Below, in pieces: positions 47,535-60,341 of a DNA stretch of 64,000 nucleotides (positions are counted from its first letter, which is position 1; every line of letters starts with the position of its first letter). Position numbers and translations under genes: made by a program. Origin of the DNA: Squalus acanthias (taxonomy: Eukaryota); assembly GCA_030390025.1 (NCBI GenBank), contig CM059432.1:58654001-58718000 (forward strand), given 5' to 3'. Under the pieces are notes generated by a model. That model saw nothing but the letters and a program-made list of their open reading frames with translations. It had not been told where the DNA came from and did no database searches.

Positions 47535-48300
47535 GAAGCTATTGTAACAATGCTTAGTGGCAGCGAGTCAAGCAAATTTGATGGGATGTATTAAAAGGTC
47601 AATATTGAGCCAAAATAATCCTGCCATTTTGTAAATCATTGGTGCAACAGCATTGAAGACTGTACTGGTTGCCACAGTACAGACAAGATAGGCAGCTATT
47701 GAAAGGATACAGATGAGAGAAACCAGAATGGATGAGGGAATTGGATTATGAGGAGTGATTATGTAAATTGGGCATGTTTTTACTGGAAAAGAGAAGGGTG
47801 ACAGGTGGTAGGACTCCTGTTTTTAGGATTCTAAAGGTCTAGATAATGTAGACCATGAGCTGTTTCACCTTATCCAGAACAGTAGAATCAGAGGACATAG
47901 CCTGTGCTTGAAGAGGGGTAAATTCAAAGCTGCTCTGTGGAAACATTATTTCAGTGAGTGCATGTTCAAACTATGCAACAGGCTGCTCGGGAGATGGTGA
48001 AAGCAGCTAGTATGCAAATTACAGGTTTCTTTCATAAAATATTTTGGGATACAGTACAAGAATAACTTGGATGACATGAAGTGTAGTATGCTTGGGTGGA
48101 ACAGGTGACTTTGGACCTAGCTGCCAAAGCTTTCCACTGCTAGGGGCTTCCTCACCTTGTATCTGGGTCTATTGTAGGCTGTAGAGATTGGCTGCTATGA
48201 TGGTCAACAACTGCAGCATTGTATCTTCTACTACCAGGATGGTATAAGGCAAACTAAATAGACCGTGGTCTTTTTTTGACTAGCAATTCCAATGTTCCGA
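47535..48300 (+). mobile_element. Old degenerate CR1 3' fragment
   Basis: Eroded EERL..LGMFLLEKRR and 3' UTR-like sequence. Confidence 0.6.
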
Positions 48301-48472
48301 ATCTAAGGAATTCTCTTTACTACATTAAAACCAGAAATATCCGCAAAGAGATAAGATGGGTTTGTTTTGGATGTAGCCCCTTCGTCAGGACTAGATAAAT
48401 AAAAATTATAGAGTTGGCACAATTTGAAGGTTGGCATTCCTGGAAGAGAAGCAGTAGTGATTTAAAAAAAAT

Positions 48473-49360
48473 TTTTTATTCATTCACAGAATGTGGGCAG
48501 CATTGCTGGCAAGACCAGCATTTATTGGCCATCCCTAATTGCACTGGAGAAGTTGGTGGTGAGCTGCTGCCTTGAACCGCTGCAGCCAGTGTGGTGAAAG
48601 TACTCCCACAGTGCTGTTAGGAAGGGCATTCTAGGATTTTGACCCAGCGACAATGAAGGAACGGCGATATATTTCCAAGTCAGGATGGTGTGTGACTTGG
48701 AGGAGAACTTGGCGGTGATGGTGTTCCCATGTGTCTGCTGCCCTTGTCCTTCTAGCTGATCGAGGTTGTGGGTTTGTGAAGTTTTGTCGAAGAAGCCTTG
48801 GTGAGTTGATACGGTGCATATTGTAGATTGTGCACACTGCAGTCACGGTGTGCCGGTGGTGGAAGGAGTGAATGTTTAAGGAGGTGGATGATGATCCAAT
48901 CATGCTGGCTACTTTGTCCTGGATGATCATAAGCTTTGAGTGTTGTTGGAGCTGCACTCATCCAGGCAAGTGGAGAGTATTCCATCGCACTCCTGACTTG
49001 TGCCTTGTAAATGGTGGAAAGACTTTGGTGGGTCAGGTGAGTCACTTGCTGTGGAATACCCAGCCTCTGACCTGCTCCTGTAGCCATAGTATTTGTGACT
49101 GGTTCAGTTAAGTTTCTGATCAATGGTGACCCCCCAGGATGTTGGTGGGGGATTTGACCATGGTAATCCCATTGAATGTCAAGGGGAGGAGTTTTAGACT
49201 ATCTCTCTTGTTGGAGATGGTGATTGCTTGGCACTTGTGTGGTGCAAATGTTACTTGCCACTTACCAGCCCAAGCCTAGATGTTGGCCAGGTCATGCTGT
49301 GTGTGGACACTGACTGCTTCATTATCTGAGAATTACAAATGGAACTGAACACTGAACTGA
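48473..49360 (-). mobile_element. Family B LINE 3' fragment
   Basis: YKAQVRSAMEYSPLAWMSAAPT; reverse complement of ~43400-44280. Confidence 0.88.
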
Positions 49361-49364
49361 ACCC

Positions 49365-49925
49365 TTTTGCTAACAAGTCTATTATGTGGCACTTTATCAA
49401 ATGCTTTTGAAAGTCCATATACACAACATCAACTGCACTATCTTCTTCATCCCTCTGTTATTTAATCAAAGAACTCTGAAGTTTTTCCGACGCGACTTCC
49501 TTTAACAAATCCGTGTTGACTGTTAATTAATCCATGGTTTTTCCAAGTGACAATTAATTTTTTTCTCGGATATAGTCTCTAGAAGCTTCCACACGTTAGG
49601 CTTACTGGCCTGCAGTTACTGGGTTTAATCCTCTTCCCCCTTTTTCAGCAAGGGTGTAGTATTTGCAACCCTCCAGTCCTCTGGCACTACTCTCATATCC
49701 AAGGAGAATTGAAAGATCGTTGCCAGAACTTTTGCTATTTCCACCCTTCCCTCAGCAACTGAGGATGCATCTCTCTTTTACTGTGACATTGGCAGCATCC
49801 TCTTTTGTGAAGACAGATGCAAAGTACTCATTCAGTACCTCAGCCACGCCCTCTGCCTGCACAGGAAGATTTCCTTTTTGTTTCCTGATCAGCCCCGCCG
49901 TTCCTTTTTATATGTTTATAGTTGT
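49365..49925 (-). mobile_element. Degenerate CR1 RT fragment
   Basis: Minus strand NEYFASVFT.., AVDVVYMDFQK. Confidence 0.75.
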
Positions 49926-51463
49926 TCAATTCCTCTCCCCTCCCTCCCTGGCTGATGGAGAGTGTCTTATCGCTTGCTTGGTACCTCCTCTAGCTGACCT
50001 GTCTGATTTCAGGAATTTTCTATATGGGGAAACTATTGGTGTGAATCTTCAACTTGCAGGCCCCCTTTGGGACAACGAGCAGTTCTGTAGAGGCAGATTA
50101 ATTTCAGGTCTGACTAGAATTGTAATAAAATTATACATTTCTTTTCAACTGATCGAGGAGGATTGGGGGGAGAGAATATAAACATGGAAGCTGGTTGAGC
50201 TGCTCAGTACAGCTACCTGCATCCCAATGGTCCATATTGAAAATAACTTGGTACTGTCGGGCTGAATTTTGCAGATATTTGGATAGTACATTATCCTGAA
50301 TATCTGTCTTATTATGTGGGTTAATTTTTTAATGTAGCATTCAAGTAAATTAGTGCAATTGAAAACACATTATTGGATCTATTTTTTGTATATGGCGGAG
50401 GAGCTTTGAATGTTTTCATTTAGTTCACCTGTTAAATGTGCACAATCCCATGAACTGAGACTGTTTATTTTGTTTTAAGTGTATCGTAGAGAACTGTAGT
50501 GATACACAGCATGATGTGCTGCTTTTTTAAATGTATGCAGGACAGGAAGGATCTAATGATGTCTGTATTGGTGGTGTTGGATGCAGATGAATAAAATGTT
50601 TAAAATACTGAAACTAACTTCATTTTTACTTTCCTGTGTACTTGCTGACATATGTACAGTAGCTTTTGAGATGCAAAACACTGTAAAAACAGCCATTGTG
50701 GAAGAAAAATTCTTGGGCAAATATTTCCTACATTACAACAGTAACTACGCTTCAAAAATACTTCATTGGCTGTAAAGCGCTTTGGGAGGTCCTGAGTTTG
50801 TGAAAGGTGCTATAGAAATGAAAGCCTTTTTCTTTCCTCGCTCCTCCTCAATTTTAATCAAAATGGGAAAAATAATTGCTATACAAAGTGCTTTTTGCAT
50901 GCATGTGACAAATGTTCTTTGGGGAAAACATTTTAAAATAGAAGTATTAAATTCTGTAAGGGTAGTGGAGACTTGGCTGCACAAAAGTCTTGTTGCTTGA
51001 AAACACATTGCATTGAAATTTAGTTCAACACCAAATTAAGACCTAGATTTAAACTTAAAAAAAAAACACCCCCACCCTGTTCGAGCTATCTATGGTCAGT
51101 CCCAAAAGCAATCCGCGGTTTAGTTTCACCTTCTCAAAATACATTCTTGGCTCCAGGCTGCCATTTACTCTGAAGTTTTTTGGGATCTTGACGTTTTTAA
51201 CCGAAGTACGGTCACACTCAGATCATTGAGACAGTCTTGGTCACTGGGGAGGGGAACAGTAGAGCAACAATTTCATATTTTTGTGTTGCATCTGCGTGAT
51301 GGGGGAAAATTATTTATGATGCAGTTGCATTTGATGTGTATCATTCTTCACTGTTTTTGAAACACTTCATAGAATAGTATCCCACCTGGTCTTCTACCAA
51401 GATGAGTAGTCTAGATGCCATGAAGGTCCACCGAGTAATTCAATCTCAATATTTCATTTGCAG

Positions 51464-51492
51464 AAACATTATGTCCAGAATATTGGACATGT
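51464..51492 (+). other. Candidate 29-nt exon
   Basis: tttcatttgcag acceptor and GTAAGT donor; phase-compatible with 46451-46550 (MPAETLCPEYWTC). Confidence 0.4.
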
Positions 51493-52766
51493 GTAAGTGC
51501 TTTAGTCTTGAGCCTTATTCCACAATCTTTTTTAAACCACTTTCCTCCTCACGCATCCTCTGTTTAAAAGTATTTGCATGAGCAGTGGCTTCATTTAAGA
51601 GGTAGTCTCTGACCATTTATGATCTAGGTTCAAGCAGCAATTCTCTCAATTCCTGAACTGCATTGAGTAGGGAGGTGCAGACGGGTTGTTGCATCTCCTA
51701 TCAGATGATGGGGAAGTGGAGAATAAATTTGTCTCATCAATCCTGGACATGTCTTAGTGGCTGGTTGCAGGGGACCACAATGGCACTGGCTTAGAATGTG
51801 TTGTCAAGCTCTGTCGCAAGATACTAGACCAGTAGATGGAGGAGAAACCTACTGAAAATATCCCCATCGGGGGGAATTATGTATTTCCTTTTAAATCTCT
51901 TGTTTTAAAAGTTTTTCTTTTTAAAATGTCAGTATAGTGATACCATCATCACGGCCTACTTTTTTTGGTGCTTTTCAGAAGTTCATTTAAGCAAATGTGA
52001 CTTTCTTGGTGGTGTTAACAGTCGGATTCTTGCTCTCTGATTACTAATAGCATGAATTCCAGTGGACTCCTGTGTTTCAAGCAGTTTAAATCTGTTGGTA
52101 TTTGACACATTATACTGTGATCTGATGTTCTGCTGACTCTCAACTGGTAGACTGAGTCAGAAACAATGTAATACGACATCAGTACATTGCTGCTGGAGTG
52201 ATTGATACTAATACGGTAATCATTGTGTTGGTCTGTGCTTATGAGGCATGATTTTGTGCATTCACTTTCTCCTTTTGCTACCACCCCCAAACTGGGAGCA
52301 AAAGGCATAAACTGTTCAGTATAGGATTTCTTAATTTTCAAATTGGACAATGCCATGAATAAAATACTAGACTAATCGCATTGGGGAGCTGAACTAATTT
52401 AGCAGTCAGGTCAGTATTTTAGATGGCGATAAGGGCATGGCAAGAGGAGTTGGGCAGTTTGTATCTGTTAATTGTGTGAGGGTTGGATCTGCCCCATGTA
52501 TCAGATAAAACTAAAACTCAAATAGGTTGCTTATGCATCTCAAGGGGAATGATACAGGCCAAATTGAAGAGGCTCAAAGTGAATAAAGCACCAGGCCAGT
52601 TTGAATTTGTCCTCGTGTACTGAAGGAAATCACTGAAGTTGGTTGTTATGCTATGGTAAATATTTTCAATAGTTCAGTAAGAACTGGCCAGGTGTCACAT
52701 GATTGGGGGAAGGCACATGTGTCCTTAAGGAAAAAAAAAAGGAATAAAATTGCCATCTGGAAACTA

Positions 52767-53185
52767 CAGGAAACTTTCGTTTATCCGGCACCCAAATATC
52801 CGGAATTCTCGCTTAACCGGCAAAAATCATCCTCCGAAAACTCCTCTCAAATAACCGGCAATGTTGCCGAGTCGCAGTCGAGTCTCCGCGAACGCCGAGT
52901 GCTCCGAAAAATCCTCTCAAATAACCGGCAATGTTGCCGATCCCGAGTCCGAGTCCGCGAACGCCGATTTAGTCAGTAAGGGTACTTTTCAAAAGTGCCA
53001 CTACTCGGCCTCCTGGCGCTGTCGCAAGTCCGAAACATTGCAGTAGCATGAGTAGATTCTCCCGTGCTGCTTGGAGTCTCTTTGTTAAAAATAGCCTCGG
53101 TAGATATAACTCTCTGTTATCCGGTACTTTCGATAAACCGGCACCACGCCGGTCCCGTCGATGCCGGATAAACGAAAGTTTCCTG
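52767..53185 (+). mobile_element. Tc1/mariner-pogo type MITE, copy 1
   Basis: Perfect 24-bp TIR CAGGAAACTTTCGTTTATCCGGCA, TA TSD. Confidence 0.92.
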
Positions 53186-53263
53186 TATTGGGGTTTTGGG
53201 TTCATAAGACATTAAAGGAGCACCTCTAGTGCATAAGGTCATAAAAGCTAGTGGAATACAGTA

Positions 53264-53652
53264 CAGGAAACTCTTTATTAACCGGGACCGGCGTGGTGCC
53301 GGTTTATCGAAAGTACCGGATAACGGAGATTTATATCTACCAAGGCTATTTTTAACAAAGAAAAATAAATAAATCAAGAAATGTGCAGTATACTTCCGAC
53401 AGCGCCAGGAGGCAGAGTAGTGGCACTTTTGAAAACTACCCCTACTGACTAAATCGGCGTTCGCGGACTCGGACTCGGGATCGGCAACATTGCCGGTTAT
53501 TTGAGGAGTTTTCGGAGTACTCGGCGTTCGCGGAGACTCGACTGCGACTCGGCAACATTGCCGGTTATTTGAGAGGAGTTTTCGGAGGATGATTTTTGCC
53601 GGTTAAGCGAGCATTCCGGATATTTGGGTGCCGGATAAACAAAAGTTTCCTG
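53264..53652 (-). mobile_element. Tc1/mariner-pogo type MITE, copy 2 (opposite orientation)
   Basis: TA-CAGGAAACT...AGTTTCCTG-TA; largely the reverse complement of copy 1. Confidence 0.92.
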
Positions 53653-54391
53653 TACTAGGTTTTATGGCTAGTGGCATAGTATTTAAAAGTTGAGATGTAA
53701 TGATGAATCTGTATTTAAAAACCTTGGCAAGACCATAGTTTGTGTACTGTGAACAGTTTTGAGCTACAGTGTAGGAAGTATGTTAAGACAACTTTTTTTA
53801 CATAGAATTGTGAGGCTGTGGAATGCACTCCCAGAGTTAGTGATTGAAGCAGTGGCCATGTCAGCATTTGATAGGTTAGATAGGTGGTTGAAAGAAATGT
53901 GTGGGGCAACGGGGCAGGCATGTGGAATTCGGACTACCTGCTTCAGTGGAGAATGAATACCAATATGGACTGGCTGGGGGGACGGTCTGTTTCCTTATTG
54001 TAATTTACGTTTAATTCTGTATCTGTTCACTTTTGTAGCAAGTTAGCAAATGTTCTGATTTAATTGTAGCTATCTAACTGCAACCAGATTCACAAAAGGT
54101 CATGTTCTGGAGTGAATTTACTACCTGCAAACCACAGATTAGTTTTAATTTATAGCTAAATCTTGCAATTTATGGCTATGGGAAAGGCCTCTTGCAGCTG
54201 AATCAAATTGTTTAGTTGGATTGTTAAATACAAACTGCATTTTAGTGGTTAAAGAACAAATTGCTTTCTGCAATTTGAAAGCATTTATTAATTTGAGGAT
54301 TTTTTTTTAGAAGTTTTGAATTTTCTTTTACTTATAAACTACTCCTACAATAAACAGGGTATTTTTTTTATCACAGTTTTAAAATCAAGTA

Positions 54392-54958
54392 CAGGAAACT
54401 CTTTGGTATCCGGCACCGACGGGACCGGCGTGGTGCCGGTTGATCGAAAGTTCCGGATAACGGAGAGTTATATCTACCGAGGCTATTTTTAACAAAGAAA
54501 AATAAAAAAATCAAGAAATGTGCAGTATACAGTATTTGGGTACTCACCTACAGAATGTTGTGTTAAATGGATGGTGGAAGATGCTTGATTAAGTACAGTA
54601 CTGCCAGTTGAGGGTAATCCATAACTCTTTAATTACTTAACAGTAAGTGAGACTCCTGGCAGCGCGGGAGAATCAGACTCCTGTTACTGCAGTGTTTCGG
54701 ACTTCCGACAGCGCCAGGGGGCCGAGTAGTGGCACTTTTGAAAACTACCCCTACTGACTAAATCGGCGTTCGCGGACTCGGGATCGGCAACATTGCCGGT
54801 TATTTGAGAGGAGTTTTCGGAGTACTCGGCGTTCGCGAAGACTCGGACTGTGACTCGGCAACATTGCCGGTTATTTGAGAGGAGTTTTCGGAGGATGATT
54901 TTTGCCGGTTAAGCGAGAATTCCGGATATTTGGGTGCCGGATAAACAAGAGTTTCCTG
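54392..54958 (-). mobile_element. Tc1/mariner-pogo type MITE, copy 3 (longest)
   Basis: Same ends, TA TSD, extra internal sequence. Confidence 0.92.
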
Positions 54959-55311
54959 TACACAGGAAGGGGCTTGCTAATGAACCCCAATACTGCTGAC
55001 TGGCCCAAGAAAGTGGCTTCCCTAATTTGGAAGGTTTAGGATGTTTTCATTTTGCTCACTAGAGCTGAAGTAAGCCATGGATATTAAAGTTTTTCAATTT
55101 TCAGAAGTAACCTTGTATTACTGTAAATTTATTACCTTAATTCTACCCATTGGTGCATGACTTTTTTTGCCCTCTCCACACACCCCTTTTTTTGGGGGTG
55201 GGGGGGGGGGGGGGCTGGTGGGGTGCCATTCCACTGCTTGATGCTTTCCCTTGTAGAGGCCAGAGAATTCAATACACTGCTTGCTCTCTAAAATGACTGA
55301 ATTGGCCTTCG

Positions 55312-56610
55312 AATCATAGAAATTTATGGCAGAGAAGGAGGCCATCGTGTCTGTGCCAGCCGAAAAAGAGCTATCCCACTTTCCAGCTCTTTGTCCGTAG
55401 CCCTGTAGATTACAGCACTTCAAGTGTATATCCAAGTGCTTCCTAAATGTGATGAGGGTCTCTGCCTCTACCACTCTTTCAGGCAGTGAGTTCCAGACCC
55501 CCACCACCCTCTGGGTGAAAAAGTTCTCCTCAACTCCCCTCTAATCCTTCTACCAATTACTTTAAATCAGTGCCCCCTAGTTATTGATCTCTCTGCTAAG
55601 GGAAATAGGTCCTTCCTATCCACTCTATCTAGGCCCCTCATAATTTTATACACCTCAAGCATCATCTGCAAACTTCTTAATCGTGCCCCCTACATTGAAG
55701 TCTAAATCATTGATATATACCACAAAAAGAAAGCGACCTAGTACTGAGCCCTGTGGAACCCACTGGAAACAGCCTTCCAGTCACAAAAACACCAGTCGAC
55801 TATTACCCTTTGCTTCCTGCCACTGAGCCAATTTTGGATCCAAGTTGCCACTTCCTTGGATCCCATGGGCTTTTACTTCTCTGACTAGTCTGCCATGTGT
55901 GATCTTATCAAAAGCCTTGCTATATACCACAAAGAAAGGAACCTAGTAAATCAAATGCACTACCCTCCTTGACCCCTCGTTACCTCCTCAAACTCAATCA
56001 AGTTAGTCAGACACAACCTTCCCATAACAAATCCATGTTGACTGTCCTTGATTAATCCATGCCTTTCTAAATGACAATTAATACTGTCACTCAGAATTTT
56101 TTCCAATAATTTTCCCACCGCTGAAGTTAGGCTGACTGGCCTGTGATTACTCGGTCTATTCCTTTCTCCCTTTTTAAACAACGGCACAATGTTAGCAGTC
56201 CTCTGGCATCACACCTGCTGCCAGAGGGGATTGGAAAATGGTCAGAGCCTCCGCTATTTCCTCCCTTGCCTCAACAGCCTGGGATACACAAAGTAGATAA
56301 ATCGCCAGGCCCGGATGCAAAGATGCTAAACTCCTTAATACTTCCTTTCTCACTGTTTATCTCATCTAATATTTCACACTCCTCCTCAACTACAATGTCT
56401 GCATTGTCCCTCTCTTTTGTGAAGACAGACGCAAAGTATAAGAACCATACATCTTCTGCCTCCACAAACAAGCTTCCTTTTTGGTCTCTTAATGGGCCCT
56501 ACTCTTTCTTTAGTTATCCTCTTGCTCTTTATGTATTTATAAAACATCCTTGGGTTTTCCTTGATTTTACTTGCCAATATTTTTTCATGCCCTCTCTTTG
56601 CATTCCTCTG
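55312..56610 (-). mobile_element. CR1 fragment with internal deletions
   Basis: PLFKKG..RPVSLTSAVGKLLE; gaatcatagaa tail at 55311. Confidence 0.88.
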
Positions 56611-57254
56611 CATTGCAAAACTATTAGATGTGTGATCCTTCGGTTTAAACTGATCCGTAAAGATTCTGTGACCTTGACTTCCCTCTGCCTGTCTGCCAGA
56701 ATACAACGTGTGGCAATGTGTTCAAAAATATGAATGGCATCTGTGCATCAAAATTCAGGTGTCTTCTAACTGAAGTTTAAAAATAAAACACCGCTGGTCT
56801 TGTCTAAGATTGTATTGAATCTGTATGCCATCATCATACCTGGCTTTCTTTACAATGGCCAGAGTTGAAAACCTACTGAACATGCATACGTTGTTGGATA
56901 AACTCTACATGATTGTACTTCTGTTTACAGTAAGTCAACTACTGTTCAAGAGCACTTTCCCCTTAAAGCTCTCTCAGTCTAAATGCCAGGAATTTTTCCT
57001 ATAATTGGAACCAAGTTCCCTTGCATGCTGGAGTAGAGTCACATTGTCCAATATCTACTTGTATGATGGCCTAACCCAGGGGTGTAACAATGGTACCACC
57101 TTCTGATTTGAACCGGATATTTGTGTTTGTGCCTCTCCAATCTTTTTGAAGATTGATTGAGAAAATGCATAGTTAAGATGAGGATAGATAGGAAACTTAC
57201 TGATTTATTTCACAGCAAGTGATCATACAGAGCAACAGTCATGAGTGGCTTCAC

Positions 57255-58855
57255 AACCCTCTTTCGCCTTATCTCAGTCCTAAATGGCCGACCCCTAGTT
57301 CTAGACTCCCCAGCCAGGGGAAATATTCTCCCAGCATCTACCCTGTCAAGCCCCTTAAGAATTTTATATCTTTCAATGAGATCACCTCTCATTCTTCTAA
57401 ACTCTATGGGCTATAGGTTTGTCTATTCAATCTCTCCCCTAGGACAGTCCCCTCACCCCAGGATCAGTCTAGTGAACCTTTGTTGCACTCCCTCTAAGGC
57501 AAGTATATTCCTCATTGGGTAAAGAGACCAAAACTCTACACAGTACTCCAGGTGTGGTCTCACAAAGGGCCCTATATAATTGCAGTAAGACTTATTTACT
57601 CTTGTACTCCAGTCCCTTTGTAATAAAGGCCAACATACTATTTGCTTTCCTAATTGCTTGCTGTACCTGCATGTTAACTTTCTGTGATTTGGGGACACCC
57701 AGGTCCCTCTGAATACCGACATTTCCCAGTCTTTCACTTCATATAAAAAAAAATTCTGCGCTTCTATTTTTCATACCAAAGTGGATAACTTCACACTTCT
57801 CCATGTTGTATTCCATCTGCCACATTCTTGCCTACTCACTTAACTTGTCTATATCTTGCAGCCTCTTTGCATCCTCCTTACAGCTTACTTTCCCACTTAG
57901 CTTTGTATTGTCATCAAACTTGGATACATTACACTTGGCCCCCTCATCCAAGTCATTGATATAGATTGTAAATAGCTGAGGCCCAAGAACTGATCCTTGT
58001 GCTACCCCACTAGTTACAGCCTGCCAACCTGAAAATGACTCATTTATTCCTACTCTCTGTTGTTTGTCTGTTAACCCATCCTCAATCCATGCTAATATAT
58101 TACCCCCAATTCCATGAGCCCTAATTTTGTGTAATAACTTCGTGTGGCACCTTATGCTTTTTGAAAATCCAAATATACTACATCCACTGGTTCCCCCATA
58201 TCTAACCCTGCTAGTTACAACCTCAAAAAAGCTCAAGATTTGTCAAACATGATTTCCCTTTCATAAATCTGTGTTGACTGCCCGATTATGTTATGATTTT
58301 CTAAGAAACCTGTTACCACGCCCCTAATAATGGGTTCTAGCGTTTTCCCTGCTACTGATATCAGGCTAACTGGTTTATAATTCCCTGTTTTCTCTCTCCT
58401 TTCTTGAATAGCGGGGTTACATTTGCTACCTTCCAATCCGCAGGGACCATTCTAAAATCTAGGGTATTCTGGAAGATCAAAACCAATGCATCCACTATCT
58501 CTGTAGCCTCCTCTTTAAAAACCCTAGGATGTAGGCCATCAGGTCCAGGGGATTTGTCAACTTTTAATTTCTCCAGTACTATTTCTTTAATAATTTCTCT
58601 AAGTTCCTCATTCTCCCTGGACCCTTGGTTCACCACTATTTTTGATATGCTTTTTGTGGATTCTACCTTGAAGACAGATCCAAAGTATTCGTTTAATGTC
58701 TCTGCCATTTCGTTAATCCTCATTATAATTTCTCCTGTCTCTGCTTGTAAGGGATCCATGTTTGCTTTTGCTAATCTCTTCCTTTTTACATACCTATAGA
58801 AGCTTTTACAATCTCTTATGTCTCGCTAGTTTATTCTCATTCTATTTTCTCTATC
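57255..58855 (-). mobile_element. CR1 RT fragment
   Basis: LKVDKSPGPDGLHPRV, QGSVLGPQLF, RPHLEYCVEFWS. Confidence 0.9.
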
Positions 58856-58951
58856 AATTACTTGATCAGAATCTTAACCATGTTTTGTCTTGGTGCCTTT
58901 TTTACATAACTTGTGTGAGTATGCTTTGCTTTAAATACAACCCTTCAATGT

Positions 58952-59388
58952 GGGAAACACGGTGGCATAGTGGTTAGCACTGGTGCCTCACAGCGCCAGG
59001 GACCCGGGTTCGAATCTGACCTCGGGTGACTGTCTGTGTGGAGTTTGCACATTCTCCCCGTGTCTGCGTGGGTTTCCTCCGGGTGCTCCGGTTTCCTCCC
59101 ACAGTCCAAAAATGTGCGGGTTAGGTTGATTTGGCTATGATAAATTGACCCTTAGTGTTAGGGGGGGATTAAATATGTGGGGTTATGGGGATAGGATGGG
59201 ATATGTTAGGGGGAATTAAATACGTGGGGTTACGGGGGTAGGGTGGGATATGTGTATTGTGGGGATTAAAGCAGGGACAGGGTATTAGATTTGGATGATC
59301 AGCCATGATCGTATTGAATGGTGGAGCAGGCTCGACGGGCCGAATGGCCTACTCCTGCTCCTAGATTCTATGTTTCTATGTTTCTATG
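58952..59388 (+). mobile_element. Full-length tRNA-derived V-SINE (HE1-like)
   Basis: A box TGGCATAGTGG, B box GGTTCGAATCT, V-domain, CR1-type 3' end and (TTTCTATG)n tail. Confidence 0.9.
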
Positions 59389-60341
59389 TAACTCTTTCTC
59401 CCCCCTGACCCCCCCCCATCCTTTCTGTAGAAAAATGGTCAAAGTCTCAATGTGATACTAAGACTAGACTAATTTGTTTATTTTTTGTTTTTAATTTAAT
59501 TTGGCCCAATAATTTAAATAAGCATACTTTTGCTGTATACAGTAGGTTTCAAAACTGTTTTGCAGAAGAAAATTAATATTTGAAATATTCAGCTCTATTA
59601 AATGTACAAGTGAATGGAATAAAGTTGATTTTAAGTTGTTTAGATCTTGCATTGCAGAAAGGATCACATAATTGTAATGCTGAAAAGTGTGGTGCTTTTG
59701 AATGAGTGCATTTACAGGAATGGGTGTCTTTTAAAGACATTAAAGGATGGGTTCTAAAGTGGAGTGATTATTTGCAAGGTCTATCCGTCCTTCTGTGTAT
59801 GCGCACCCCTCTGGGGAGCCTGAAGACCATTTTGATACTGTACGTGCACATGCGCAGTACACGGCATGAGGAAACCAGAAGTGGGGCCTGCTGAAGAACA
59901 TTGCCGAGCCTGGAGCCGCAATTACCTCCCACAGCAGCGTGAAGCACGAAATTGAAAGACTCCAGACTCAAACAGAAACATTAGCGCAGCCATTACAGGA
60001 CAGAAACCTGGTAGAAATAAGTCCCGCCCCAAAATACATTGCAAAAAGTGCTGGTATATTATACTCGTGCATGCCCCAAACCTGCTGTAAAATGTGAGTA
60101 AATTCGGGATGCCCAAGTTGCTGCCTGAGAAAGGGGTAGAGAGGCGGAGAATATTGAGACCTTGCCAAGGAAAGTAATCTAATTACTGCTTAATCTAATG
60201 CTGCTCGTCTGACATCCAATATTGGATGAGCAGAAATTTCCTCCAACTAAATATTGGGATGACCAAAGCCATTGTCTTCAGTTCCTGCCAAAACTCTGTT
60301 CCCTAGCCACCGACTCCATTCCTCTACCTGGCAACTGCCTC

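Larger units (their letters stand above)
52530..54000 (+). mobile_element. Old CR1 fragment interrupted by two MITEs
   Basis: LKVNKAPGP.., IFNSSVRTGQV..DW, KASGILGFMA..; 3' UTR remnant. Confidence 0.7.

Noticed and set aside
48330..48395. Second hammerhead-like core (minus CTGACGA..CCAAAAC)
   Set aside because: GAAA box and stems are degenerate; at most an eroded Penelope remnant
58952..59030. tRNA gene
   Set aside because: A and B boxes are the head of a SINE, followed by V-domain and LINE tail
59740..60150. Possible DNA transposon or enhancer (TGCACATGCGCA, GC box)
   Set aside because: No matching termini or TSD found; isolated motifs are insufficient
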